Below, piece after piece: positions 19,984 through 30,377 of a stretch of DNA of 61,214 nucleotides. The translations under genes were made by a program, and so were the position numbers. This DNA is from Promethearchaeota archaeon. GTDB lineage: Archaea > Asgardarchaeota > Lokiarchaeia > Sigyniarchaeales > SOKP01. Each line of letters starts with the position of its first letter. Within the stretch, counting starts at the first letter, position 1. The notes beneath the pieces were generated by a model. The model saw only the letters and a program-made list of their open reading frames with translations, had not been told where the DNA came from and did not search any database. The DNA is taken from contig JBHLNF010000016.1 in the NCBI GenBank assembly GCA_048937405.1, forward strand, positions 1 through 61,214, given 5' to 3'.

Positions 19984-22836
19984 TTATAAAATAGTCTTTT
20001 CCGAAACTTCTAACATGTTTTTTATGTGGATCAAGAAGTCATCATTCGTACAGAGAGAGGAAAGTTCTTTTTTAGCTATTTCTGCATCATCACTTCGTTC
20101 TCTAAACTCAAAGGGAGATAAAATACCTGAAGAACTCTTCTTTTTTAATTCTTCCATAATTTTATCAATTTCTTGATTGAATTCATTTATATTATTTAGA
20201 TAATCTGATAATGCTGCTGGGAGATTTGGATGAATTTTTTTCAATATATTAGAAAATTTCAATAAATTTTTAGAGAAAAATAGTCTATTCTCGAGATTCT
20301 CATTAGCTTTTTCGGATTCTTTAAGAAGTTTAAACATAATATCATAAAATTTCAATTCATTTTTATCCCTACTAAGGAATTTCGTTAAATTTCTAATTTT
20401 ATCAGATGTATCGAAATCTCCCATCAGTTCATATTCTTTTATTTTATCTTCTGTTTCTTTAATCTCTAAATTCAATTGCTCTAATTTCCAATTACTCAGA
20501 TAAGTATCCAATTTCATTATTTTCTTTTGGTATTCCTGTTCATCGAGAATAGTTCTAGTTATATTAAGAACATCTGGTAAACAATCATACAAATACTTTA
20601 GTAATGATATATAAATTGTGTGTTCTGTATTTGCAATAGGTCTCTCAAAAAATTCAATTGCATTCATGTTGTCACTTAATTCCAATAATGATTTGAAGAA
20701 TTTTCTGATAGTTAGCATATTTTTTTGAGCATCTGTCGCTATTGAATACATCTCTTCAAAATATTTTTTGTAAAATCTTATTGCTAAATCAAGTTCCATT
20801 AAGAAATTATTTACTAATGGGATTAAATCACCCGAAACACTTGCTTTTTTATACTCCTCTCCAATATCTTTTAATCGATCTTCTTCTCTAACAGTTATCA
20901 TTTTAACAATAAACTCTGGAAAATCTTTTGTAACAATGTCATAAGTTTTAATGAAATATCTTTTTTTGCTTAAAATAGGGATAATAGTATTAATTGTCAT
21001 AGTTCTTTTTTGAATGGCTTTTAAATCTTCATCTAATATTGTATTGATGTGTTCATCTATTTTCTTTTTATTCTCTGGATTTGAAACTTTTCTATCTTTT
21101 AATAGTTGATTAAGCCGTATTGATCGTATTTGAGCATTTCGACCCCCAAAAATTTCTACAAATATTCCACCTAGAATTCTAAGAGCCAAAGCTCCTGCTA
21201 TTATTTTATCATTCTGTTCATTAACCAGAATTTGATTTGTTAGCATATTCATTAATCTGAACATAAAAGTTTTTTCTTTTTCTCTGGGCATTTCTAAAAT
21301 TTTGGATCTGTATTTCTCGACGATTTGTTCCTCTGGTAGTTTATTTTCCCATAATAAATCTAATATTCGATCTCCTTCAGTTTTTGGAAGTATATCTAAA
21401 TAGCGAGGGATTATTTCAATTAAAGCTTTAGCCCAATTTGAGTGCTCAATTGCTAATGGAATTTCTTCATGAAGATCAGATAACAAATCATGTATTAATC
21501 CCCCTTTTTCTAAAACTTTAGGTCCACTATACTTTCCTAATGTATGATCAAGTATTTCATCAAAATTTGGTTCTAAAGAAAAAGGCATACGGATTTCGAT
21601 TTTTTTCAGAAATTCTAAATATAAATCAAATAACCCACGAACTTTATGGTTAGATCTATTTATAATGAATTGATTCATTTCTGCTTTATTTAAGTCACCA
21701 ATGTCTATTAAAGAATTAGCAAACATGATGGCTCCATTGAACACTAACTCTACTTTTTCAGGCTCATGATAAGAAGCAGTTTCTGAAAATTTGAATATAT
21801 ATTTAGCTAGATCCGAACCAAGATACTCTCTGTGCTGTTCTGGTATTTGATTAATTGCATCCAATAACTCCTCCATCAACATATGAATCATATCTTCTCC
21901 AAGAATGAGAGTATATTTTTTTTCTGCTCTTTTTAAAAAAGCTTCCACATCTGTAAATTGAACGCGTTCCTCCTCTTCTCCAAAAAAATAAGTTAAAACA
22001 TCTTCGAAATTTATGCTAGTGTCTAGAATATTATTTTCTTTAGCTACTTCAATACAAGTTTTAAATAGATCTAATAAAGACCCTAATTTATTCTCACTTC
22101 TCTTTCTTATTTCTTGATTAATCTGATTTCTATTCTTTCCTTCTAAGTTTGTAATTGAAGTTGAAAATATTAAAACATTAGTCAATATATTATCTAAAGT
22201 TTTACTATTCAAGTCATCAAGATGTTGAGAAATTGTAAATAAATGTTTTGATATTTCAGAACTCATATAATCTCGATGAGCTTCATCTATTTCTTCGAAG
22301 GCTTTCATAATTTTAACAGAGTATTCTTGGGTCTTGTCATTTCCTAATTTTTCTGAAAAATTTTTTTCAGCACGTTTAATAAATAATTCAACATCACTCA
22401 ATTGGGTAACTTCCTCTACACTACCCACCATATACGTCAAAATATCTTCAAAAGTCTCAAAATTTTCTATTACTACTCCATTTTTGGCTTTTTTGATAAA
22501 GTTATTTAGTAAATCAGAAAGGTTTCTCATCGAATTATTACTTCTTTTTATTAGCATCTGATTTACTTGGTTTCTATCTTTGTTTGCTAGATCTTTGAGT
22601 GATTTAGCAAATATAAAAATATGATTCAAAACACCCTCAGTAATAGCTGGCGATATATCTTCAATCTCTTGTGAATAATTGAATAAAAGCTTTGGGATTT
22701 CTGAACCAATAACTCTTCTAAATTTAATAGGAATCTCGTTGGTGACCTTTTTAATATTATTTAAAATAGTATTTGTTTTTTCTTCTCCTAACTTTTCCTT
22801 AAAAGAACGTTCAGACCTTTTTAAAAAAACTTCCAT
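19984..22836 (-). CDS. Hypothetical 950-aa helical protein with three approximately 150-aa N-terminal tandem repeats
   Basis: Long ORF with GTG-type SD. Repeats begin EVFLKRSERSF, ELFIKRAEKNF and EAFLKRAEKKY. Confidence 0.8.
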   Translation of the reverse strand: MEVFLKRSERSFKEKLGEEKTNTILNNIKKVTNEIPIKFRRVIGSEIPKLLFNYSQEIEDISPAITEGVLNHIFIFAKSLKDLANKDRNQVNQMLIKRSNNSMRNLSDLLNNFIKKAKNGVVIENFETFEDILTYMVGSVEEVTQLSDVELFIKRAEKNFSEKLGNDKTQEYSVKIMKAFEEIDEAHRDYMSSEISKHLFTISQHLDDLNSKTLDNILTNVLIFSTSITNLEGKNRNQINQEIRKRSENKLGSLLDLFKTCIEVAKENNILDTSINFEDVLTYFFGEEEERVQFTDVEAFLKRAEKKYTLILGEDMIHMLMEELLDAINQIPEQHREYLGSDLAKYIFKFSETASYHEPEKVELVFNGAIMFANSLIDIGDLNKAEMNQFIINRSNHKVRGLFDLYLEFLKKIEIRMPFSLEPNFDEILDHTLGKYSGPKVLEKGGLIHDLLSDLHEEIPLAIEHSNWAKALIEIIPRYLDILPKTEGDRILDLLWENKLPEEQIVEKYRSKILEMPREKEKTFMFRLMNMLTNQILVNEQNDKIIAGALALRILGGIFVEIFGGRNAQIRSIRLNQLLKDRKVSNPENKKKIDEHINTILDEDLKAIQKRTMTINTIIPILSKKRYFIKTYDIVTKDFPEFIVKMITVREEDRLKDIGEEYKKASVSGDLIPLVNNFLMELDLAIRFYKKYFEEMYSIATDAQKNMLTIRKFFKSLLELSDNMNAIEFFERPIANTEHTIYISLLKYLYDCLPDVLNITRTILDEQEYQKKIMKLDTYLSNWKLEQLNLEIKETEDKIKEYELMGDFDTSDKIRNLTKFLSRDKNELKFYDIMFKLLKESEKANENLENRLFFSKNLLKFSNILKKIHPNLPAALSDYLNNINEFNQEIDKIMEELKKKSSSGILSPFEFRERSDDAEIAKKELSSLCTNDDFLIHIKNMLEVSEKTIL

Positions 22837-23105
22837 ATTTTAATCACGGATTAATTAAAGAAAATGTAAAATATTCAATATCTAATTAAAATTGATTCAT
22901 GAAATAAATCAGATAAATAAATAACCTAGATGATAAATTTAAATTTATGTTAAAGAAAAAAAATACAGGATTCCAGTGAGCACCAGTAATGAATTCCTTT
23001 TTTCTTAAAATTTATAAACTCTTAAATTAAATTAGAAAATATTGGAAAAAAAAAATTTCGATTAATAATAAAGTAAATAACTAAAAATAAATTAATGAAA
23101 ATGGG

Positions 23106-24245
23106 ATGAAAATTATGGCTGAGAGTGATGACCAATATAAAAAAGCTGCTGAGATATTAAATAAAGCAGGAGGGGGTGGTTATCCAGTTACAAACACGAT
23201 AATTGATATATTAAAGATCAATATTAATGAACAAGATTTAGATCTTATAATGGCTTTTGAAAAAAATATATCTCAAACAATGGAACAATTAATGGAAAGT
23301 AGTGGATTATCTGAAGAACAGATATTAATGAAAGCTGATAACTTAGCAAAGAGAGGAGTGTTATTTAATCAACCAAATCGTAATGGTATCATGGTTTATC
23401 GCCTATTACCAATTGCTAGACAGTTTGAATATAACTTCATGAAAAAACTTGATAAAACCGAAGAAAATCTTCAACTTGCAAATGTATTTGAAAGGTATCA
23501 TGAAGAAAATAGAGAACTTGTTAAATCAAACATCGATAGATTTAAAACAGTATTTAAAACAAGACCTCCTATAGATAGAACAGTTCCAATTCGAGAGAAT
23601 CGGGAAACAGGAGAGGAGCTTAATATCATTGTTAATGAAGAATTAGAAGCACCTATCGAGCAAATATTACCAACCCAAAAAATTGAAGAATTAATTGAAA
23701 AATATGACGAGATTGCTGTAGGAAATTGTTTTTGTAGGCAACATAGTGAGTTTATTGGGAACCCATGTAAACAAATCGATCTTATACCAAGTTGTTTTAC
23801 TTTGGGTAAATCTGCTAGGCACACTTCAAATCATGGCTTTTCAAAATTAGTATCTAAGGAAGAAGCTCTAAAAATCTTAAAACAATGTGAAGAAGCGGGA
23901 CTAGTTCACAAAGCATATCATTTGCATGGGGATACTAACAAAGAGGAGGTAGCAGTTTGCAACTGTTGCAGTTGTTGTTGTTTAAATGCAAGAGGGTGCT
24001 TAATTTTTCCTACGGCTAATGCTACTAATTACTTAGCAGAAATAGATCCTGATTTATGTATAGGTTGCGGTACATGTATTGAAAAATGTCATAATAAAGC
24101 AATTGAATTAAATGATGATAACAAAGCTGAGAGAATAGAAGAATATTGTATCGGATGTGGTGTTTGTGCTTATTTCTGCCCTGAAAATGCGATATCTCTT
24201 ATTGAAGGGCCAAGAATCGTAAGAATATTCCCAGAAATAAAATAG
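23106..24245 (+). CDS. Cys-rich Fe-S protein (N-terminal wHTH-like region, CxCR and CNCCSCCC motifs, C-terminal 2x[4Fe-4S])
   Basis: NCFCRQH, VCNCCSCCC, CIGCGTCIEKC, CIGCGVCAYFCP. Start may be 23115. Confidence 0.85.
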   Translation: MKIMAESDDQYKKAAEILNKAGGGGYPVTNTIIDILKININEQDLDLIMAFEKNISQTMEQLMESSGLSEEQILMKADNLAKRGVLFNQPNRNGIMVYRLLPIARQFEYNFMKKLDKTEENLQLANVFERYHEENRELVKSNIDRFKTVFKTRPPIDRTVPIRENRETGEELNIIVNEELEAPIEQILPTQKIEELIEKYDEIAVGNCFCRQHSEFIGNPCKQIDLIPSCFTLGKSARHTSNHGFSKLVSKEEALKILKQCEEAGLVHKAYHLHGDTNKEEVAVCNCCSCCCLNARGCLIFPTANATNYLAEIDPDLCIGCGTCIEKCHNKAIELNDDNKAERIEEYCIGCGVCAYFCPENAISLIEGPRIVRIFPEIK

Positions 24246-24260
24246 TAAAAAAAATTATAA

Positions 24261-25565
24261 TTAAATATTTGTGTTTTCAATAATCATTGCAGTTCCCTGA
24301 CCACCACCACAGCACATAGTAGCAAGCCCATATTGAGCTTTCTTTTCTTTTAAAATTCTTGCTAAAGTACCAACAATTCTGGGACCTGTTGCTGCAATTG
24401 GATGTCCTATTGCAATACCACCACCTTTAACATTTATATCATCTAATCTGTCATCTAATCCCATCTCATGCATCCAATTAAGAGCAACAATAGCAAAGGC
24501 TTCATTAATCTCAAAATAAGATATGTCATCAGTAGTAAATCCTGCATGTTTTAATGCCATCCATGATGCAGGAACTGGCCCTCTCCCCATAACTGTAGGA
24601 TCTACAGCACCAAATCCAATAGAAACAATACGAGCTAATGGATCTAGATCATGTTTCTTTATAGCATCTTCAGACATCAATACCAAGGTTGCGGCTCCTG
24701 CATTTACAGGACATGAATTTCCCGCAGTAACCAAACCTTGCTCCGTACCAAAAGCTTCAATATATTCTTCTTTAGTCAGGAGTGGTCTATAGTATCCACC
24801 AGCCCAACCAGGAGTAGTTAATCCCCTTAAATCTTTTGTACCCTCGTATGTAGCCTTTTTTCTAATTGATGTATCATGATCGATTAATAATGGAGTATCT
24901 ATATCACCTTCTATATGTCCCATTATTGGTACTATTTCACCCTTGAAGAATCCTTCTTCTAAAGCCTTTGCGGCTAATTGATGGCTACGAACTGCAAATC
25001 TATCATTATCCTCTTTTGAAAAGATATCAACATTCATTTCATGGAGTTTTTGTGCGGTCTCTAACATTGAATACGAGCAACGGAAGTCAACAACATCATC
25101 AACAAAAAACTCATGTCCTTTCAACATGGCTGGGGATGGTTCTCTTACCGTAGGAGCTTTTGATCTTGACATAGTGGCATTATTTTTCCCTGCGGCTATT
25201 GCAACATCAGAATAGCCTAAAGCAATATTGTCATATGCTATAGAAGCAGCTGTCATTCCTGAACCACATGCTCTATCTAATGCTACAGATGATACTTTTA
25301 CTGGAAATTTCGCTAAAAATATGGGATATCGTCCTCCAAAGGTTACGTATTCATGATTAAAATGAGTAGCCCCGATATAAAACTCCTCTACATCTTCAGG
25401 TTTGACTTTACCATTTAATCGATTATCAAACATTTCTGTTAATGTTATTGCCGTTAATTCATCTGGCCGTAAATTTCCAAAAACATCTCTTGATGGCTCT
25501 CTTGGTCGAGATCTTGAAAATGGTGTTCTAATATAATCTGTAATATAAACATCTCTTAATTTCAT
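24261..25565 (-). CDS. Acetyl-CoA C-acyltransferase (thiolase), catalytic residues intact
   Basis: RTPF, DRACGSG, TAGNSCP, NEAF, GHPIAATG, CCGGGQG. Confidence 0.93.
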   Translation of the reverse strand: MKLRDVYITDYIRTPFSRSRPREPSRDVFGNLRPDELTAITLTEMFDNRLNGKVKPEDVEEFYIGATHFNHEYVTFGGRYPIFLAKFPVKVSSVALDRACGSGMTAASIAYDNIALGYSDVAIAAGKNNATMSRSKAPTVREPSPAMLKGHEFFVDDVVDFRCSYSMLETAQKLHEMNVDIFSKEDNDRFAVRSHQLAAKALEEGFFKGEIVPIMGHIEGDIDTPLLIDHDTSIRKKATYEGTKDLRGLTTPGWAGGYYRPLLTKEEYIEAFGTEQGLVTAGNSCPVNAGAATLVLMSEDAIKKHDLDPLARIVSIGFGAVDPTVMGRGPVPASWMALKHAGFTTDDISYFEINEAFAIVALNWMHEMGLDDRLDDINVKGGGIAIGHPIAATGPRIVGTLARILKEKKAQYGLATMCCGGGQGTAMIIENTNI

Positions 25566-25611
25566 TCTTTTTAAACCTCTTTTTATTATTTTAAATTTAT
25601 ATTTTATTTTA

Positions 25612-26943
25612 TTAATCTAAATTTTCAATTATCACAGCTGTTCCCTGACCACCACCACACGACATTGCAGCTAGTCCATATTTTGCATTTTTTTCCTTAA
25701 GAATTCTAGCTAATGTTGCCGTGATTCTCAGTCCTGTAGCGGATGCTGGATTACCGATTGCTATCGCGCCCCCATGAATATTCATCTTATTTTCCCAATC
25801 AATCCCTAATTTATTTGCAGCATTAAGAGCGACGATACTAAATGATTCGTTAATTTCCCAATAATCTATATCATCCACTTTTAAATTTGCATGCTTTAAA
25901 GCCATTTGGGCTGCCGGTACCACGCCTCGCCCACGTACAGTTGGATCTACACCTGCAAAACCAATCGAAACGACTTTTGACATGGGTTTTAAATTGTATT
26001 CTTTTAGTGCTTCTTTAGATGTTAACAAACAAAGTGAAGCTCCATCACTCAATGGAGCGCTATTACCCGCAGTTATAATACCTTTCTCTGTACCGAATTT
26101 TGCGATATATTCATCTTTTGTGAATACAGGATTTTTATAGCCACCTGACCATCCAGGAGTACTTATGACGGGTGAATTAACAATATTATCTAAAGTAACT
26201 GCTTTTTTAATGGATTGATCTTTTTCAATCTCAATTTCATTATTAGAATCTCCTACTATATGACCTTTAATACTCATAATCTCTTGATTGAAATATCCGT
26301 TTTCCTGAGCTTTTTCTGCTAAATTATGACTTCGTGCACTAAATTTATCCAAATCATCTTTAGTAAAAAGATCTGCTTCCTCCTCCACAAGTTTTTGTGC
26401 TGCCTGAAATAACAACCGACTAGTTTTCCAATCATATAAATCATCATTATACCATTTATTCTCTGGATCAAGCATCAGGTTATCAGGAGGAGTACCAAAT
26501 ATTTTTACTTTTCCATCATAAGTGTGTAATGGAACTCGAGTAAATTGTTCAAATCCCACAGAAACCACTACATCAGAATAACCTAATGAAATATTTGAAT
26601 ATCCAACATGTAAAGTCGTCATGGCAGAACCATCTTGTTTATCAAATACCGTTGCAGGTACATGGAAAGGAAATTTTGCCATAAATATAGGAATTCTTCC
26701 CCCATATGTACCGTGTTCATGCTGCAATAAAGAACAGCCAACCAAAAACTCACTAACATTCTCACGCTTTAGAGTACAACCCTTGTTTGGTATTCTATTA
26801 TCAAACATATCAACTAAAACATGAGCTGCGAGTTCGATGCCCCATTTCTTACTAAAAACGTCATCGTCTGGATTTAGAGGATTTGCTTGAGAAAAAGGAG
26901 TTCTTACATGGTCTACTAAATATACTTCTTTTGCATCTTTCAA
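25612..26943 (-). CDS. Thiolase-family protein with all three catalytic residues substituted
   Basis: Full-length thiolase fold, but DKQDGS (Cys>Asp), GNPASATG (His>Asn) and MSCGGGQG (Cys>Ser). Confidence 0.9.
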   Translation of the reverse strand: MKDAKEVYLVDHVRTPFSQANPLNPDDDVFSKKWGIELAAHVLVDMFDNRIPNKGCTLKRENVSEFLVGCSLLQHEHGTYGGRIPIFMAKFPFHVPATVFDKQDGSAMTTLHVGYSNISLGYSDVVVSVGFEQFTRVPLHTYDGKVKIFGTPPDNLMLDPENKWYNDDLYDWKTSRLLFQAAQKLVEEEADLFTKDDLDKFSARSHNLAEKAQENGYFNQEIMSIKGHIVGDSNNEIEIEKDQSIKKAVTLDNIVNSPVISTPGWSGGYKNPVFTKDEYIAKFGTEKGIITAGNSAPLSDGASLCLLTSKEALKEYNLKPMSKVVSIGFAGVDPTVRGRGVVPAAQMALKHANLKVDDIDYWEINESFSIVALNAANKLGIDWENKMNIHGGAIAIGNPASATGLRITATLARILKEKNAKYGLAAMSCGGGQGTAVIIENLD

Positions 26944-27084
26944 ATTTCATTTTCACTTTTTTATTGTAAATATAAAGAGTTTAATGTTGTATTATAGTGA
27001 TTGAATAAATCTTTTCAGGTTTTCAAAATTTTCCTAATTATATTTTATAAAAAAAAGAAATTTTAAGAGTATTTATTACCTAAA

Positions 27085-27927
27085 TTAATCTACAATAGCA
27101 TAAGCATTTCCCAGAACTACAGTTCCTCGCTCAGATCGTACTTGAACTATATAACGTCCGTTTTCTTTCCAACCTTCAGTAGTTAGGGCTTCTCCAGGAT
27201 AAACTTCACTCGTAAATCGTGCATTGAATTCTTTAAATCGAGAAACATCACCCTCACATAAACCATATACTATAGCACGAGTCGCATGACCATATGTGCA
27301 TAATCCATGTAGAATTGGTCGGTCAAATCTTCCACTTCTTTTTGCAAAAGTTGGATCTATATGTAAAGGGTTAAAATCACCGCTCAATCTATATATTGCT
27401 GCTTGATTTATATTAGTTTTATAAGTTATACTAAAATCAGGATCTTTACCTTCAGGAGGATCTAGTGTTTCAGCCTTTGGACCACGATCTCCCCCCCATC
27501 CACCTTCTCCAATATAGAAATGAACATATTTTGCATCAAAAATTTGTTCATCTTCCATAGAGCTTCCAGATATTTTTGTATGAATAACTGCTGCTTTTCC
27601 TTTATCAAATATATTTTCACATACTCCTTTAACCTTAATCTCTCCTTCGGAGGGAAAAGGTTTATAGAGTTTGATCATTTGTTCTCCATGAATAAAACGG
27701 GCACCATCAATTCCTTTTTTACTAAATCTTGGAAAGCCACCACCCCCAACAATGCAAGCGTAACTAGGAAAAACTTGTACACCTCCAGGATATCTTTCAT
27801 AAACAAATTGTAACTCATCGGGTTGAGCACCAATCCCTAAATTATATAAAATTACATCTTTCCAAGTATATTTACGAATTCTCTCTTCTGTTTCTTTCCC
27901 TATTATATCTAAATCTAAACTTGTCAT
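27085..27927 (-). CDS. MaoC double-hot-dog (R)-specific enoyl-CoA hydratase 2
   Basis: LYNLGIGA, HGEQ, DKGKAA, hydratase-2 motif YRLSGDFNPLHIDP, PILHGLCTYG. Confidence 0.92.
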   Translation of the reverse strand: MTSLDLDIIGKETEERIRKYTWKDVILYNLGIGAQPDELQFVYERYPGGVQVFPSYACIVGGGGFPRFSKKGIDGARFIHGEQMIKLYKPFPSEGEIKVKGVCENIFDKGKAAVIHTKISGSSMEDEQIFDAKYVHFYIGEGGWGGDRGPKAETLDPPEGKDPDFSITYKTNINQAAIYRLSGDFNPLHIDPTFAKRSGRFDRPILHGLCTYGHATRAIVYGLCEGDVSRFKEFNARFTSEVYPGEALTTEGWKENGRYIVQVRSERGTVVLGNAYAIVD

Positions 27928-28226
27928 TTTTGATCAATTTGAAATTTTAAAAATTTATAGTATATTTTTATCACGAATAATTTATTTATTATTCCATCTA
28001 AAAATATTTTCACATAAATTTTGAAATTTCTTTTATTTTTTCAATAAGGTTTGTATTACTGAAAAAAAATAAAAAAAGATGATTTTTTAAGAGATCACTC
28101 GATTATAGTAAAAACTTCACTAAGTATGATTGTTTTATCTTTTCATATTTGGTTAATATATCAATTCTTATTTGGTATTCTATTGTTAAACATTAGCAGG
28201 TTAAAATAAAAAATAAGATATGAATA

Positions 28227-30128
28227 TTATTTTCCTCCTATTGTCTTCACTTGATTTTTAAGATCTTCTAAATCTTTTTCTAACATTTCAATTTTTCTTT
28301 CAGCTACTTTTAGTCCCATAGTCAATCGGTCAATCTTACCTTGTTCTTTATCATGAAGATCAATTTGACGCTTTAATTTCTTAATATAAGTATAAAGGTC
28401 TTCACAAAATTTAGTAAATTGTTCTTCCTCCCTAAAGTCACATTCAATTCCTAATTCACGATTTAAACCAATTTTAGAAAGGTCTTCCCAACCAAGTTCT
28501 TTTGCTTTTACAGGAATTACTTGCACATTATATTCTCTAGACAATTTTAATTCATATTGACAATCAACAGAATTAACAGAATTTGATGTTGCAATAAAAA
28601 GTACTATTTGTGAATCAGGAATATTCTTATCCATAAATCCATCAATATTTCCACTTAAATCACGTTCACAAATATAGGCGATATTAACTTCTAATTGATT
28701 TTCTAAAAATAGACTTAATTCATTTAAACGACAGGGTTCATAATCAGCGACAGCATGGCTGATAAAAACATTTATCGCCATTTTCTTTTTTCCATATTCT
28801 TTTATCTCAGGAAGAGTTTTAGCTGAAATTAATTTATCATTTAATTCGAGAGGATTATTTTCAATAGTAAAATCAATTAAATTGGTCAATTTAAACACAG
28901 AATATGGTAAATAATGCAATTGGTTATTAGATAATGTTAATATTTCTAATGAGGGCAGTTTTTCTAATTTATCCGGAAATAATTTAAGATTATTATTATA
29001 TAAATTAAGCGTCCGAAGATTTGATAGACCAAAAAGTGATGCTGGAAGGGATTCTAATGCTAAGTTCCCTGTTATTATTAAAGATTCTAAATTATCTAAA
29101 TTTCCAATATTTTCTGGAAGTTGCTTTAATGAACGACAATTAGTTATCACCAATTCTTTCAAGGATGTTAATTCTGTTAAAACATCTGAGAGTGTTTCAT
29201 TTTTAGATGAACTAATAATTAAAGTTCTCAAATTTTCTAATTTTCTGAAATGTTCGGGGAATAAATTAGATACTAAAAGCTTAAGATTCTTTAGATGAAC
29301 GATAGATTGAGGAAATCCGACCATTTGCAAGGGAAGCTCAAGTTCTTCAAGGAATTTCAATTCACTAAGAAATTCAGGAATTTCCTTAATGTTAGTTTCA
29401 GATAAATTCAATTTTTTTAGATTTTTAGCTTTTGTTAGTTCTTCAGGAAAAATCTCCAGCGGATTATTATTTATTATCAAAGTTTCAAGTTTATCAATTT
29501 TTTCTGATTCTGTGCTAAATTTAGTGATTTTATTATAAGATACATCTAAATACTTTAGGTTAATCAATGGTTTTATAAATTCTACATATTCTAACATACA
29601 CTGTGATACATCAAGATATTCAATTTCGGGTAATAAATTTAACTGAAGGTAAATATCTTTAAAGTTTAATCCGTAAATTGGTTGATTTAAATCTCGCCTT
29701 GCTTTAGCCTCTGCCTCTCGTCTTTCCTCTATTGAGCGATACAATGCACGCGTAGCCTTCCAAAAATCTTCCTGTCTTCTATTTAATTCATTAATATAAT
29801 TTGCAAAGACTTTTTCCCATCCATTTAAATCCAAAGCTTTAAGCATTTTAAATTCTGATATTTTTGGCATAAATTCAGGCATCTGAATTTTTCTTTCATT
29901 TGTGCTATTAAAACTTAACCCTAATTCAATTACATGATTATCTTGCGCAACAAATCCAAATTGATGTTGTTTAAAAGTTTCTACATGATGTGTTTGTTCA
30001 TCAATTCTAAAATCATCCCATGCTATTTTTTCAATATGAGGTATCGATATTCCAAATATCTGTTCCATATATTTAAGGATTTCAACTTCTTCTTCAATCA
30101 AATCCACATTTTCATATTTTGCAATCAT
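28227..30128 (-). CDS. Leucine-rich-repeat protein with C-terminal TIR domain and coiled-coil tail
   Basis: Repeated LxxLxLxxNxL units, then NVFISHA...IVLFIATSNSVNSVDCQYEL...VIPV, then a heptad-like tail. Confidence 0.88.
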   Translation of the reverse strand: MIAKYENVDLIEEEVEILKYMEQIFGISIPHIEKIAWDDFRIDEQTHHVETFKQHQFGFVAQDNHVIELGLSFNSTNERKIQMPEFMPKISEFKMLKALDLNGWEKVFANYINELNRRQEDFWKATRALYRSIEERREAEAKARRDLNQPIYGLNFKDIYLQLNLLPEIEYLDVSQCMLEYVEFIKPLINLKYLDVSYNKITKFSTESEKIDKLETLIINNNPLEIFPEELTKAKNLKKLNLSETNIKEIPEFLSELKFLEELELPLQMVGFPQSIVHLKNLKLLVSNLFPEHFRKLENLRTLIISSSKNETLSDVLTELTSLKELVITNCRSLKQLPENIGNLDNLESLIITGNLALESLPASLFGLSNLRTLNLYNNNLKLFPDKLEKLPSLEILTLSNNQLHYLPYSVFKLTNLIDFTIENNPLELNDKLISAKTLPEIKEYGKKKMAINVFISHAVADYEPCRLNELSLFLENQLEVNIAYICERDLSGNIDGFMDKNIPDSQIVLFIATSNSVNSVDCQYELKLSREYNVQVIPVKAKELGWEDLSKIGLNRELGIECDFREEEQFTKFCEDLYTYIKKLKRQIDLHDKEQGKIDRLTMGLKVAERKIEMLEKDLEDLKNQVKTIGGK

Positions 30129-30377
30129 TTATATTACTCTTTTTAAAGAAGATTGTTTTCGGATTAAATTATATTAATTAAAACATAATATTTAAAAACA
30201 TACTATTTAGCAACCTATTTTATATTTTTATGATAAAAGAATTGAAATGTATTCGAAAGGGGAATTTAAACTGCTAAAGAGGCATTCCAAACTTTGAAAT
30301 TATTATAGGTTCTTATTATATCAATAAAATATATTTTACAATAGGAAAAAAATAAAAAAAACTTGATTTTTAAAGAA

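Noticed and set aside
22953-23006. Relatively GC-rich intergenic segment with weak dyad symmetry (ncRNA or SECIS candidate)
   Set aside because: Pairing is poor and there is no recognisable RNA motif or linked TGA-containing gene.
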